64,000 nt of DNA from a bacterium (GCA_965213685.1 CBDBZY010000038.1:1-64000); one strand, 5' to 3'. Shown: positions 19,914 to 31,621, counted from the stretch's first letter. The notes: a model not told the origin generated them from the letters alone. Numbers and translations are program-made.

Positions 19914-21001
19914 TTATCTATCCGATTTTCTGCGGTTACATTCTTTGCATAGCATCTGGCAGTTCCCTTCGTCGGTTCTTCCGCCCTCGACCCAGGGCGT
20001 TATATGGTCCGCTTCCATTTCCGAAATGTCGTCACATTCCTTATGGCATTTCGCGCATTGGCGGGATTGCTTCTCATACACCTTTTGCTTCATTGCTTTC
20101 GAGAAAGCGCGAATATTTAAATGCTTCTCTTCACGGGTGAGAATATACGGATATATGCCTGACTTGTTTCCGACGTCATCGTCCAGAACCAGTTCGGCAG
20201 TTTCAGTCTCAATCGCGTCCGGGTCGAGTTTTTTGTCCTTATGGGCGTTGTATAGACTCCCCCAATCTACGCCTTGCATCTGCTTTCGTTTCTCTGTGAA
20301 AGTCGCCTCAACCCAGTCGATTACTGCTCGGAAATAACTCCATAAACAAACGGCACTAGAATCATGCTGGCGTTTCCCCATGTATTCTTCAATTTCGTTA
20401 TTGCTTATCCACCTGATGGCCGTCTCCAGATAATCTTGCCGTATGGACGACCCTTTCAGGTAATCACTTCCTATGCCGTCTGCCGAGCAACCTCTTCTGC
20501 TGAAATACCTTTTCGCGTCCGAAACCCACGAGCCGGCGTACACCGCGTTGCGAAGTTCCTGGTCGGTCAACTTCTCCCCCGCGATATTGACGATTTGAAA
20601 CCACTTCAGCTTTTCACTGTCCGCACCGCTACAGACGTAGACCATAAGTTCGTAATCAAGTATTCGTCTCCGCCTGTCTTCCGGAAGATTATGGAAATAC
20701 AGGTTTTCGAACGAGAAATCCCCTGCTACATATTGCGCGATAGAGATGGTGCGCTGCTGGCCGTCAATGATCTCAAAAGTTCCGTCATCGCGAACCGCCC
20801 AATACATCACGTTCAAGGGAAACCCTTTTGTGATCGTGTCGATTACGGCGTCGCGTTGTTTATCTTTATAAACAAATTCGCGCTGGAACGGAGGGCGAAT
20901 GTCCAGTTTCCCGCCATAGCCGACTACGCCGCCTTCTCTATCGTCCTGATAGCCTTCCACGAGTTCTGCAACCGTGATGTCTTTCAGTTCGACTTTCATG
21001 A

Positions 21002-21005
<4 letters not shown>
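19914..21005 (-). CDS. DUF262 (GmrS/ParB-like) plus C-terminal HNH endonuclease
   Basis: PPFQREFV, IIDGQQR; CAKC...EADHITPW..GG...NCQMLCKECNRRK. Confidence 0.88.
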
Positions 21006-21993
<988 letters not shown>

Positions 21994-22090
21994 TGCCCCT
22001 ATCAACCTCTCGCAAGTAATGGGGTTTCATACCGACTCCGTTCATTCCTCTTTCCAGGCAAAAGGCGACAAACCCATTATCGCCTTCCCG

Positions 22091-22125
22091 GATTATTCCG
22101 AAAAAGAGGCCGCGTTTCAAACAGG
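22091..22125. repeat. 35-bp direct repeat, right copy (RM cassette boundary)
   Basis: GATTATTCCGAAAAAGAGGCCGCGTTTCAAACAGG. Confidence 0.9.
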
Positions 22126-22233
22126 AACGTCGGAGAGGGAGATCGACTTTTCCGCCGGGTTTGCGTACCCTCCGCAAAACGCACCGGATGGACGAGCGTC
22201 CCGACACCCCCGCCCCCCGCACAGGACTCCCAC

Positions 22234-24291
22234 ATGGAACCCACCCGGGAGATTTACTGGAACATCGTCTTAGGCCCCCTCGTCTACCTCCTCGCCGCCG
22301 CGGCGATCGGCGTGATGTCCTACGGCATCTACCAGCGCGCGCGCCTGTGGAGGCTGGGCGGGGGCGAGGCGCGGCTCGACAACCCGGGCCGGCGCCTCTG
22401 GGGGGTGCTCGACGAGCTCCTGCTGCATCGCCGCATGCTGCGCGACGCCTACCCCGGCCTCATGCACCTGTTCATCTTCTACGGCTTTTTCGCCGAACTC
22501 ATCGCCACGACGATGATAGCCGTCCAGGAGTGGACGGGGATTCACTATCTCCGCGGAAACCTCTACCTCGGCTATTCCCTGCTCAGCGACGGGTTCGGGC
22601 TTCTGGGGATCGTCGGCATCCTGATGGCTCTCTGGCGGCGCCTCGTGGTGCGGCCCGAGCGCATGAACTCCGTGCTCGACGACTACCTCGCGCTGTGGCT
22701 GCTCCTGCTGGTGTTCGTGCAGGGCTTCGTCGTGGAGGGGCTGCGCATCGCGGCGACGGAACTCCGGCAGCACCCGGACTGGGCGCCCTGGTCGCCGGGC
22801 GGCTACGCCATCGCCCTGGCGGTTCAGGGGCTGAGCGTGCAGACGCTCGAATCCCTCCACCGCTTCAACTGGTGGTTTCACGCCATCACCGCGTTCGTCC
22901 TGCTGGGCTACATGGGCTTCGGGAAGTTCAACCACATCTGGTACGGCCTGCTGAACACCTTCTGCAGAAACCTGGAGCCCAGCGGCAAGCTCCGCTTCAT
23001 CGACATCGAGGCGGCGATGGAGTCGGACCCGGAGGCGCTCGAAACCCTGGGCGTGGAGAAAATCGAGGGATACACCTGGAAGAACCTGCTCGATCTGGAC
23101 GCCTGCACGAACTGCGGACGCTGCCAGGACGTCTGCCCCGCCTACATGAGCGGGGTGCCGCTCAGCCCCCGCAAGCTGATTCAGGACATGAAGGCGCACC
23201 TCACCGAGGCGGGCGGGCGGGCGTCCGCGCGCGCGGGAGAGGGAGCGGAAGAAGGCGGAGCGGAGGGGCCGCCCCTGTTCGGCGAGCCTGCGGACAGACC
23301 CGCCGTCCTGGAGGAGGAGCTCTGGGGCTGCCGCACCTGCGGCGCCTGCCAGCAGGAGTGCCCCGTATTCATCGAGCACATCCCCAAGATGGTGGATATG
23401 CGCCGCTACCTCGTGATGATGGAGTCGAAGACGAGCGAGGACGCGCGCCAGCTCCTCAAGTCGATGGACGAGCGCCTCCACCCCTGGGTGGGCGCCCAGC
23501 ACAATCGCGAGGAGTGGTACGAGGGGCTGAACGTCAAAGTCCTCGCCGAGGGCGAGCGGGCGGAATATCTCTACTGGGTGGGCTGCACGGGCTCGATGAT
23601 CGACCGCAACATCGCGGTCTCGCGGGCGATGGTGAAGGTTCTCGCCGCAGCCGGCGTGGACTTCGCCATCCTGGGGCCCGAGGAGGTGTGCACGGGCGAC
23701 CCGGCGCGGCGCGTCGGCGGGGAGTTCACCTTCCAGATGTGCGCGAAGCAGAACATCGAGACGCTCGCGCGCCACGGCGTCCGGAAAATCATCACCACCT
23801 GCCCCCACTGCTTCAACACCTACAAGAACGAATACCCCGACTTCGGGGGAAACTACGAGGTGGTGCATCACGCGCAGCTCATCTCGGAGCTCATCGCCTC
23901 CGGAAAACTGCGGCTCAAGAAATCGCTCGGCTCCCTCACCTACCATGACCCCTGCTACCTGGGCCGGCACAACGGCGTGTATGACGCCCCGCGCGAGGTG
24001 CTGCGCCACATTTCAGACGGCGGCTTCACCGAGCTGCGGCGCAACCGCTCGCGCGCGCTGTGCTGCGGGGCGGGAGGGGGCTACGCCTGGATGGACGACG
24101 ACCCGAAAAAGCGCATCAACCACGAGCGCATCGAGGACGTGAAGGCCTGCGGGGCAAAGACCGCCGCCGTCTCGTGTCCCTTCTGCATGCAGATGTTCGA
24201 GGACGCCCTGAAGGCCCGCGACCCGGGCCAGCACATCCGCGCCGCCGACATCGCCGAACTCGTCGCCGAGGCGATCGAGGAGGAGGGTTAG
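22234..24291 (+). CDS. Membrane Fe-S oxidoreductase (HdrD/FadF-like: TM domain, 2x4Fe-4S, CCG domains)
   Basis: CTNCGRCQDVCP, CRTCGACQQECP, TCPHC, HDPCYLGR, CCGAGGG, CPFC. Confidence 0.88.
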   Translation: MEPTREIYWNIVLGPLVYLLAAAAIGVMSYGIYQRARLWRLGGGEARLDNPGRRLWGVLDELLLHRRMLRDAYPGLMHLFIFYGFFAELIATTMIAVQEWTGIHYLRGNLYLGYSLLSDGFGLLGIVGILMALWRRLVVRPERMNSVLDDYLALWLLLLVFVQGFVVEGLRIAATELRQHPDWAPWSPGGYAIALAVQGLSVQTLESLHRFNWWFHAITAFVLLGYMGFGKFNHIWYGLLNTFCRNLEPSGKLRFIDIEAAMESDPEALETLGVEKIEGYTWKNLLDLDACTNCGRCQDVCPAYMSGVPLSPRKLIQDMKAHLTEAGGRASARAGEGAEEGGAEGPPLFGEPADRPAVLEEELWGCRTCGACQQECPVFIEHIPKMVDMRRYLVMMESKTSEDARQLLKSMDERLHPWVGAQHNREEWYEGLNVKVLAEGERAEYLYWVGCTGSMIDRNIAVSRAMVKVLAAAGVDFAILGPEEVCTGDPARRVGGEFTFQMCAKQNIETLARHGVRKIITTCPHCFNTYKNEYPDFGGNYEVVHHAQLISELIASGKLRLKKSLGSLTYHDPCYLGRHNGVYDAPREVLRHISDGGFTELRRNRSRALCCGAGGGYAWMDDDPKKRINHERIEDVKACGAKTAAVSCPFCMQMFEDALKARDPGQHIRAADIAELVAEAIEEEG

Positions 24292-24384
24292 GGGGGCTGC
24301 GCGCGGGGGGCGCGCGGCGCACCCCTCTTGCGGAAGCCGCGAATGCGTCGTGTGGCGCCGGCGGACGAGGAGACCCCGCCTCCC

Positions 24385-25134
24385 CTAGGGAATCGTCTTC
24401 TTGTCGTCCGGGGACGCGGCGGGGGCGATGCGAACGTCGCCGTACCAGCCCCGCGCCGAGAGGCCGCTGTTGTCGGAGTCGGTCATGAGCGCGATGTGCG
24501 TGACCTCGGTGACGTCCCGCCCGAAGTGGGCCTTGAAATCCTCCCGCATGTTCCGGCGATGCGCCCGCCACTCCCCGGCGCGGCCCGCGCCCGAATCGAC
24601 GGCGATCATGTGCGCCTTCGGGGTGAAGGGGTTGGGCCAGGAGGAGCCCACCGGCTGGCGGCTGGCCCAGACGTAGACCACCGAATCCGGCCAGGAGAAA
24701 AAGCCTGCGCCGGGGACGACGAAATAGACGCGGACGGCGAAGTCGTCCCCCTCCCTGGACAGCTCGTCCGGCGGGTTGACCGGGCGCTCTATCCGCCAGC
24801 GCCAGATGAGGATCGGCGTCTTCGTGAGGTCTATCTTCCGCGCCAGAACGAGGCCGGACGCCGCCCCCTTGCTGATCGCCTCGAGGACCGTCTCGCCCCC
24901 GCCGGCCTCGCGCGTCAGGCGGTAGGCCGTCTCGCCGGCGAAGCGCTTGGGCTCCCAGCCGGCGAGGTCGCCCGCCGAGAACCGGCCGATCACCGTCTCC
25001 TCCGCAAGCGGCGCACCGCCCGGCAACGCCAGGAGCGCGGCCAGGGCGCAGGCGGCCATCGCCGGCGATTTGCGAAATCGGCCGGAGCGCTTCTTTCCTG
25101 TCATCCCGTCCATCCTGTCAACTCCCATCCTCAT
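24385..25134 (-). CDS. DUF3047-family exported protein
   Basis: TPILIWRWRI, GDDFAVRVY, YVWAS, LMTDSDNSG. Confidence 0.75.
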   Translation of the reverse strand: MRMGVDRMDGMTGKKRSGRFRKSPAMAACALAALLALPGGAPLAEETVIGRFSAGDLAGWEPKRFAGETAYRLTREAGGGETVLEAISKGAASGLVLARKIDLTKTPILIWRWRIERPVNPPDELSREGDDFAVRVYFVVPGAGFFSWPDSVVYVWASRQPVGSSWPNPFTPKAHMIAVDSGAGRAGEWRAHRRNMREDFKAHFGRDVTEVTHIALMTDSDNSGLSARGWYGDVRIAPAASPDDKKTIP

Positions 25135-25153
25135 CCCGCCATCAAAAAAACTC

Positions 25154-25807
25154 TCATCGGCAGAAGGGCCATATCTGATACCAGGCGTCGCAGCGGAAAC
25201 GCGAATCGCAGCGCGCCAGCTGGGTCTTGTAGCGCCGAGCGGTCCGCGCCACGCGCCGCGCGGTGCGCTGAAGGACGGGCTTTCGCTTCCAGGTGCCGCG
25301 CCGGTAGCCGCCCCTCCCGTCGTGATAGGCGAGGTAGAGCCTGCGCGCGTCGTGCAGGGGGATGCGCAGCTCGCGCCGGGTTTTCGCGTTGTACCAGCCG
25401 ATGAAGTCGAGTGCGTCCTTCATGTTCGAGCGACTCCGGAAGAGGCCGCCCCGCTCCGCCTGGTACTCCTTCCAGGTCGGGTCGAGGGCTTGCGCATACC
25501 CCTTGGCGGAGGAGGCGCGCCCCAGCGGAATCACCCAGAACCATCGCATGGGCGGCCTGGCGTGGCTCTGGAAGCTCGACTCCTGGCGCACGAACGCCAT
25601 CAGCACGTGCACCGGCGTGCCCCACCGCGCGGCTGACGCGCGGGCGTGGTCGTACCAGTCGGGCTGCTGGGCGAAAATCTCGCAGATGTCCCCCTGCCGC
25701 CCGGGCGTCGGCGCAGCGCAGCCCGCAGCGAGGAGGGCGAGGGCGAGAGCGGCCGCCAGGTGCCGGCGAAGGCGCGTCGCCCTTCCGGACGGCTTGGGAG
25801 AAGCCAT
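25154..25807 (-). CDS. SLT-like transglycosylase lipoprotein
   Basis: Lipobox AAGC, QESSF, SSAKGYAQA, LYLAYHDG. Confidence 0.8.
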   Translation of the reverse strand: MASPKPSGRATRLRRHLAAALALALLAAGCAAPTPGRQGDICEIFAQQPDWYDHARASAARWGTPVHVLMAFVRQESSFQSHARPPMRWFWVIPLGRASSAKGYAQALDPTWKEYQAERGGLFRSRSNMKDALDFIGWYNAKTRRELRIPLHDARRLYLAYHDGRGGYRRGTWKRKPVLQRTARRVARTARRYKTQLARCDSRFRCDAWYQIWPFCR

Positions 25808-25853
25808 GCGCGCACTCCCCGCAGGTCGCGTCCGCATCGATGCCGGCCGTGAC

Positions 25854-25922
25854 ATTTTGTCAATCATTTTACCAGAAAAGTGAGCGACAAGCCGCTTTGT
25901 GTTGCATGTATGAGCGACAAAC
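25854..25922. repeat. 69-bp direct repeat, left copy (Fic cassette boundary)
   Basis: Matches 27222-27290 with ~6 mismatches; contains TGAGCGACAA twice. Confidence 0.9.
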
Positions 25923-25987
25923 GGGTTTGCTGATCACTTTCAGCCCCAAAGTGCACCACAAACAGTTTTGTGTTGCACAGATGATCA

Positions 25988-27109
25988 TCAAAACAGCTCC
26001 TCTCCCTCGACGATGTTCAGAAGGGCTGGAAACAAAAGAACAGACGACCGGCGGCCTCTGCCTTCTCTGACGACTTTCAGGATTGCGCTTTGCTGAAGCA
26101 CTCTCAGGACCCGGCGCGCCGTAGGTTTTGGAATACCCGCTTCGGTCGCAAAATCAACACTGCGGAAAACCGGACGCTTGAATATCCAGTCCAAGGTCTG
26201 GATAGCATACCGGGATCGGGTCGACTCCGGCACCTGACGCTTCATGTCCTCATAGAGGTCAAGAATGGCCTTGGCCTTCTTCAGATTATCCTCCGCCTGC
26301 GCGCGCACCCCTTCCAGAAAGAATTTGCACCAGCCCGTCCAGTCGTCGTCGCGCGAGACGGCGAGCAGTCCTTCGTAATAGTCAGCGCGACGCGCTTCCA
26401 AGAAGGCGCTGATATAAAATACAGGGTGCCTGATGAGGTCGCACCGCCACAGGAACAGAGGCACCAGCATCCGTCCCAGGCGGCCATTTCCATCCAAAAA
26501 CGGATGCAGGGCTTCAAACTCGGCGTGCAGGATGGCCGCCTGCACCAACCGATCCGGCGTATCCTGGTGCATATAGCGCTCCCAGGCGCTCATGCCATCG
26601 GCGAGTTTCTCCGCGCCGGGGGGGACGAATCTGGCTGTGTCAACGGTGCATCCCGGCGGCCCAATGCAGTTGGCGCCGCGCCGATACTCACCGGGGGAGC
26701 TATTCCTGCCCCGAACCCCGGAAAGCAACGCCCGATGCGCTTCGCGGATGACCCTGAGAGAGAGCGGCAACGTTTCCAACATCTCCTCCGCAAGCTCCAT
26801 CGCGGCGCGGTAGTTGAGCACCTCCTCGAAGTCGCGTTGGCGCTCGGAAGTGGACTCCTCCCCTATCGCCTCGAACTCCAGCACTTCGCCCATGGTGGCC
26901 TGGGTGCCCTCGATGCGCGAGGAGAGCACCGCCTCCTGGGTCCCCAAAGGCAAAGGCGCGAGGAGCACGCCGGGGTTGGGAATTGCGGCGAGCATTCCGT
27001 CGTAGCGACCCAGGGCATCGTGTGCCGGGCCGAGCAACGGCACCAGCGCAGGCCAGTCAAGACGATCCTCGGGAGGGAAACGCCCTTCGCGATAGTGAAC
27101 CGCGGTCAT
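25988..27109 (-). CDS. Fic-family adenylyltransferase (class II, with probable C-terminal HTH)
   Basis: HPFLDGNGRLGR; inhibitory motif SSRIEG. Confidence 0.93.
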   Translation of the reverse strand: MTAVHYREGRFPPEDRLDWPALVPLLGPAHDALGRYDGMLAAIPNPGVLLAPLPLGTQEAVLSSRIEGTQATMGEVLEFEAIGEESTSERQRDFEEVLNYRAAMELAEEMLETLPLSLRVIREAHRALLSGVRGRNSSPGEYRRGANCIGPPGCTVDTARFVPPGAEKLADGMSAWERYMHQDTPDRLVQAAILHAEFEALHPFLDGNGRLGRMLVPLFLWRCDLIRHPVFYISAFLEARRADYYEGLLAVSRDDDWTGWCKFFLEGVRAQAEDNLKKAKAILDLYEDMKRQVPESTRSRYAIQTLDWIFKRPVFRSVDFATEAGIPKPTARRVLRVLQQSAILKVVREGRGRRSSVLLFPALLNIVEGEELF

Positions 27110-27221
27110 CCATTCTCCCCAAGCATATGCAGAGTATGACGACAGGAACTTTCGCCAAACATGATCGCCCTGATAACAATCTCTGGCGGTGCGATCTTTT
27201 CAAGAAAATACAATTTATGAT

Positions 27222-27290
27222 ATTTTATCAATCATTTTTCTCGAAAAGTGAGCGACAAGCCGCTTTGTGTTGCATAGATGAGCGACAAAC
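27222..27290. repeat. 69-bp direct repeat, right copy (upstream of Fic)
   Basis: ATTTTATCAATCATTTTTCTCGAAAAGTGAGCGACAAGCCGCTTTGTGTTGCATAGATGAGCGACAAAC. Confidence 0.9.
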
Positions 27291-27339
27291 CAACTCCTCT
27301 CCCTCCGTGATGCGCGGGTGACGGGCGGCGGTGCGCGCC

Positions 27340-28488
27340 TCAGACGAGCAGATGCTTGGCGATGACCTGGCGCAGTATCTCGTTCGTCCCCTCGTAAATC
27401 TGCGTCACCTTGGACGCCCGGTAGAACCGCTCCACGGGGTATTCGCGCATATAGCCGTTGCCGCCATGCAGCTGAACGCCCTCCTCCGCGTTGCGCTGGG
27501 CAGCGTCGGTGGCGAACACCTTGGCGATTGCGGCCTCGGCCGAGTAGGGCGCACCCGCCGCCTTGCGCCGCGCCGCCCGGAGCGTGAGGAGCCGCGCGCC
27601 ATGAACGCGCGTGGCCATGTCGGCGAGTTTCCACGCCACGGGCTGGTGTTCCTTTATCGGGACGCCGAACGTCTCGCGCTCGCGCGCGTAGGCCACCGAG
27701 GCGTCGAGGCAGGCGCGGGCGAAGCCCAGACCCTGGGCGGCGACGACGATGCGCCCGGAATCGAGTATTTTCATCGCCAGCGCGAAGCCCTCTCCCTCAT
27801 CGCCCAGGCGGTTTTCCGCCGGCAGCTCCACGGCGTTGAAGCGAAGCTCCGATATCGAGCAGCCGCCCATGCCCATCTTCTCCTCGCTGCGGACGACCTC
27901 GAAGCCGCCGACGTCCGCTGGCACCAGAAAGGCGCTCAGCCCCTTGTGGCGCCGGGCGCGGTCCGTCACCGCGAAGAGAAGGCACAGGCCCGCCTGCTTG
28001 CCGTTGGTGATGAAGCGCTTGACGCCGTTGACCCGATAGACGCCCCCCTCGCGCAGGGCAGTCGTCGCGAGCGAGGAGGCGTCGGAGCCGGCCCCGGGCT
28101 CCGTCAGGGCGAAAGCGCCCAGGTGCGCGCCCCTGGCCAGGCCGCCCAGGAACCTTTCCCGCTGTCCCTCGCTCCCGAATCGGTGGAGCGGCTCGCAGAC
28201 CAGAGAGTTGTGCGCGGCGAAAATGGCGCTCGTCGAAGGACACGCGGCGGATATCTCTTCCGTCGCCAACGCCATCGACACGGGGTCGGCCCCCCCGCCG
28301 CCATACGCGGCGGGCACCGTCAGGCCCATCAGCCCCAGTGCGCCCATCTCCCGGATGACCTCCGACGGAAAGCGGCCCGCGTCGATCTCCGCCGCCCGGG
28401 GCGCGAGCTCGCGCTCACAGAAGTCGCGCACCAGCCGGCGCACCAGCCTCTGCTCCTCATTCAAAGTCAAAGAAGCGTCATTCGCCAT
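27340..28488 (-). CDS. Acyl-CoA dehydrogenase (short-chain type)
   Basis: FALTEPGAGSD, KRFITNG, EEKMG, QLHGGNGY, IYEGTNEI. Confidence 0.93.
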   Translation of the reverse strand: MANDASLTLNEEQRLVRRLVRDFCERELAPRAAEIDAGRFPSEVIREMGALGLMGLTVPAAYGGGGADPVSMALATEEISAACPSTSAIFAAHNSLVCEPLHRFGSEGQRERFLGGLARGAHLGAFALTEPGAGSDASSLATTALREGGVYRVNGVKRFITNGKQAGLCLLFAVTDRARRHKGLSAFLVPADVGGFEVVRSEEKMGMGGCSISELRFNAVELPAENRLGDEGEGFALAMKILDSGRIVVAAQGLGFARACLDASVAYARERETFGVPIKEHQPVAWKLADMATRVHGARLLTLRAARRKAAGAPYSAEAAIAKVFATDAAQRNAEEGVQLHGGNGYMREYPVERFYRASKVTQIYEGTNEILRQVIAKHLLV

Positions 28489-28748
28489 CGCCCGCGCCTC
28501 CGCCGCGGCCCATCCCCTGGAAACCCGCCCGTCGGGGGAACGACCCCCGGGGGCCGGGCGGTGTGCCGCATGGCGCCCGCCTGGCCGGAAACCACTCCCC
28601 GCGAACGAACAACCTAGCAGGCTCTTGCCCGAAAATCACCTACGCGGCATCATGTGCGGGAAACGCCACGTTGCTTTTTCCTCGACGAGATTATTTTTTA
28701 GAAATTTTCATCTCGGGGATTCTCGCCGATCCCCCAAAGGAGAAAACC

Positions 28749-29732
28749 ATGTCGGAAAGCATCCGTGCTCTCACAGCCGAGGATGTGATGACGCGCCTGC
28801 GGGGCTTGCGCGAATCGCAGCCGGTCGATTTCTCGGCGTTTTACTCGAGCTATCTGGGCGGCGTGGTGACGGACCCGGCCCTCATGGTCCTCCCCTTCGA
28901 CGATCACATGGTCCACCGGGGGCACGGCATATTCGACACGGCGGCCATCGTCGAGGGCCGTATCTACGACCTGGAGAACCACCTCGACCGCTTTCTGCGC
29001 TCGGCGGCGGCCTCGAAGCTCGAACTCCCCCACAGCCGCTCGGAGATGCGCGACATCGTCATCCGCACGGCGGCACTCTCGGGACGCCGCGAGGGGTCCA
29101 TCCGCTACTGGGCCTCCTCCGGGGCCGGCAACCTGGGGCTGATACCCGCGGCGGACGCCGACCCCTGTTTTTTCGTGATGATCTTCGGCGGACTGGACTA
29201 TCCCGAGCGCTACTACGCCGAGGGGATGCGGGTGATGACGACAACCTACCCCATCAAGCCGCCCCTCTACGCCGTCACCAAGAGCACGAACTACCTCCCC
29301 AACACCCTGATGCAGATGGAGGCCAAGGAGGGCGGCTTCGACAACGGCGTTTTCGTCGACCCGGCGGGAAACGTGGGCGAGGGATCAAACATGAACTGCG
29401 CCTTCGTGACGCCGGAGGGCGTCCTCCGCCACCCGAAATTCGACAACGTCCTCTCGGGCTGCACCGTGAAGCGGCTGCTCGAACTCGCCGGCCGCCTCGT
29501 GGAGGAGGGCCTCATCGAGGACGTGGTGGTGGACGACATCCCCGTGGGGGAGGCCAAGGCCGCCAGCGAGATGATGCTCGTGGGGAGCTCGATATACGTC
29601 GCCCCCGTGGTGCGGTGGGACGATCAGGTCATCGGAGACGGAAAGCCGGGGCCCGTGACCCGGGCGATGCGCGAACTCCTGGAGGAGGACATGCGCTCGG
29701 GCGAGGGAATGCTCATCGACGTGCCCTATTAG
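28749..29732 (+). CDS. Class IV PLP aminotransferase (D-amino acid transaminase/ADC lyase-like)
   Basis: DDHMVHRGHGIFDT, HLDRF, KSTNYLPN, EGSNMN, GKPGPVT. Confidence 0.9.
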   Translation: MSESIRALTAEDVMTRLRGLRESQPVDFSAFYSSYLGGVVTDPALMVLPFDDHMVHRGHGIFDTAAIVEGRIYDLENHLDRFLRSAAASKLELPHSRSEMRDIVIRTAALSGRREGSIRYWASSGAGNLGLIPAADADPCFFVMIFGGLDYPERYYAEGMRVMTTTYPIKPPLYAVTKSTNYLPNTLMQMEAKEGGFDNGVFVDPAGNVGEGSNMNCAFVTPEGVLRHPKFDNVLSGCTVKRLLELAGRLVEEGLIEDVVVDDIPVGEAKAASEMMLVGSSIYVAPVVRWDDQVIGDGKPGPVTRAMRELLEEDMRSGEGMLIDVPY

Positions 29733-29778
29733 AGGAGCACCCGTCCGCTCTTTGCGGAAGCGCACCGCGCGAGAGGCG

Positions 29779-31182
29779 TCACGATTTTTTCGGGGGAGGG
29801 AGGTGAATCGCCTCGCCGTGCACGGCACCGGCCGCCTCCATCATCGCTTCGGAGAGCGTGGGGTGGGCGTGCACCGTCCGGGCGAGGGCCAGGGCGGTGA
29901 GGCGGCTCCGCATGGCGACGGCGGCCTCGTGCACCACCTCGGCGGCGCGCGCACCGACCACGTGAACGCCCAGGATGCTGTCATCCCCCGCGTCGGCGAT
30001 GATCTTCACCTCCCCCTCGATCGCCCGCTCGGCTTGGGCCTTGCCGAGGGTCCGCATCGGGAACCTGCCGACGCGCACCTCGTGTCCCGCTTCGACCGCC
30101 TCGTCCTCCGCCATGCCGACCACGCCGATTTCGGGATGCGTGAAAATCCCCGCCGGAATCGCCCGATAGTCCATCCGCACCCCGCCGCCGAGGGCGTTTT
30201 CGGCAGCGACGACCCCCTCCGCCGAGGCCACGTGCGCGAGCATGGGATCGCCGATGACGTCGCCCGCCGCATAGACGCCCGCCACGCTCGTCTCCATCCG
30301 CTCGTTCACCCGAATCTCGCCGCGCGCACCCAGGCGAACCCCGATTCTCTCGAGTCCCAGGCCGTCGGTGTTCATCGTCCGGCCAATCGACACGAGCACC
30401 ACGTCCGCGCGAACCGCGCCGCCGCTCTCCAGCCTGGCGACCATCTCCCCGCCATCGCGCGCGACGCCGGCGATCTTCTCGCCCGGAAGCACCCGTATCC
30501 GCTGCTTCCTGAGTTCGCGCGCCATGAGCCTGGAGACGTCCGCATCCCCGAGCGGCAGGACGCGGTCGAGGAGCTCGACCACCGTGACGTCCGCTCCCAG
30601 CTCCCGAAACAGGCAAGCGAACTCGCACCCGATGACGCCGGCGCCGACGATGAGCAGCCTCTCGGGCAGCGCCTTCATGTGCACGGCCTGATCGGAGGAG
30701 ATGATTCTCTCGCCATCGATGGGAAAGGCGGGCATCTGCGCGGGCCGCGAGCCCGTGGCGATGATGATTTTGCTCGCGGAAACCGTCTCCCGCGTCCCGT
30801 CCCCCTTTTTCACCAGAATCTTTCCGGTCTCCAGAATCTCGGCGGCGCCCGCGACGTGGCGCACCCGGTGTGCCCGGAGCAATCCGCCGATTCCCCGGAC
30901 GAGACCGGCGACTATCCTGTCCTTGCGCGCCACCATCTCGGCGAGGTCGGCGCGCACCTCGCCGGACACCTCGACCCCGTAGGCCCGGGCGTTCTTGATG
31001 TTGCGGAACACCTCGGCCGAGGCGATCAGGCTCTTGCTGGGAATGCAGCCCCAGTTCAGGCAGGTGCCGCCCAGCTCGTCACGCTCCACCACCACGCAGC
31101 GCGCGCCGCCCTGGGCCACCCGCACGCCCGCCACGTAGCCGGCGGGGCCGCCGCCGATAACCGCCACATCATACGATGTCAT
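29779..31182 (-). CDS. lpdA: Dihydrolipoyl dehydrogenase
   Basis: GGGPAGY, GGTCLNWGCIPSK, HAHPTLSE. Confidence 0.95.
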   Translation of the reverse strand: MTSYDVAVIGGGPAGYVAGVRVAQGGARCVVVERDELGGTCLNWGCIPSKSLIASAEVFRNIKNARAYGVEVSGEVRADLAEMVARKDRIVAGLVRGIGGLLRAHRVRHVAGAAEILETGKILVKKGDGTRETVSASKIIIATGSRPAQMPAFPIDGERIISSDQAVHMKALPERLLIVGAGVIGCEFACLFRELGADVTVVELLDRVLPLGDADVSRLMARELRKQRIRVLPGEKIAGVARDGGEMVARLESGGAVRADVVLVSIGRTMNTDGLGLERIGVRLGARGEIRVNERMETSVAGVYAAGDVIGDPMLAHVASAEGVVAAENALGGGVRMDYRAIPAGIFTHPEIGVVGMAEDEAVEAGHEVRVGRFPMRTLGKAQAERAIEGEVKIIADAGDDSILGVHVVGARAAEVVHEAAVAMRSRLTALALARTVHAHPTLSEAMMEAAGAVHGEAIHLPPPKKS

Positions 31183-31565
31183 TCTCGGTTCCTATCGTTG
31201 GGCTTCCGTCCGGGCGGGCACACTCCGGCGCCTATTAGACCAAGATTTCATCCGCGCGCCAAACGGGGAACGCCATCGGCTCCGCCCGGCGGGGGATTGG
31301 ATGACGCTTGGAATTCTAGTAGCGTCCCTCCTGGTTTGCGTATGGCATGCGAACTCGCTAAATTATCCGAGCCTCGTCCGCCTGTAGCGTGTCAGCACTC
31401 TTCACTTGGGATACCCCCATTATAAAGACGACCACGCGGCTACCAGCCTGAAGCTGCATCTGGTCGGCGTGCTGTTCCTCAGCCTGTCGTTCAGTTGCAT
31501 CCTCCGCGATGCGCCAGACGGTCTGTTGCGATTTTCTCACGGGGGTTGCGATAATAACTTAAATG

Positions 31566-31621
31566 TTGCAATAATAGCCAGATGTTGTGATAATAGCTTG
31601 ACAAGCAGCTATATCTTGCGA
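31566..31621 (+). promoter_or_regulatory. nrdJ promoter with two NrdR boxes
   Basis: TTGCAA-17-GATAAT; NrdR-like boxes TAGCCAGATGTTGTGA (31575) and CAGCTATATCTTGCGA (31606), 31 bp apart. Confidence 0.7.

Noticed and set aside
31200-31560. Cobalamin riboswitch or small ORFs upstream of nrdJ
   Set aside because: No recognisable B12-box consensus; the short ORFs have no convincing motifs; NrdR boxes explain the regulation.
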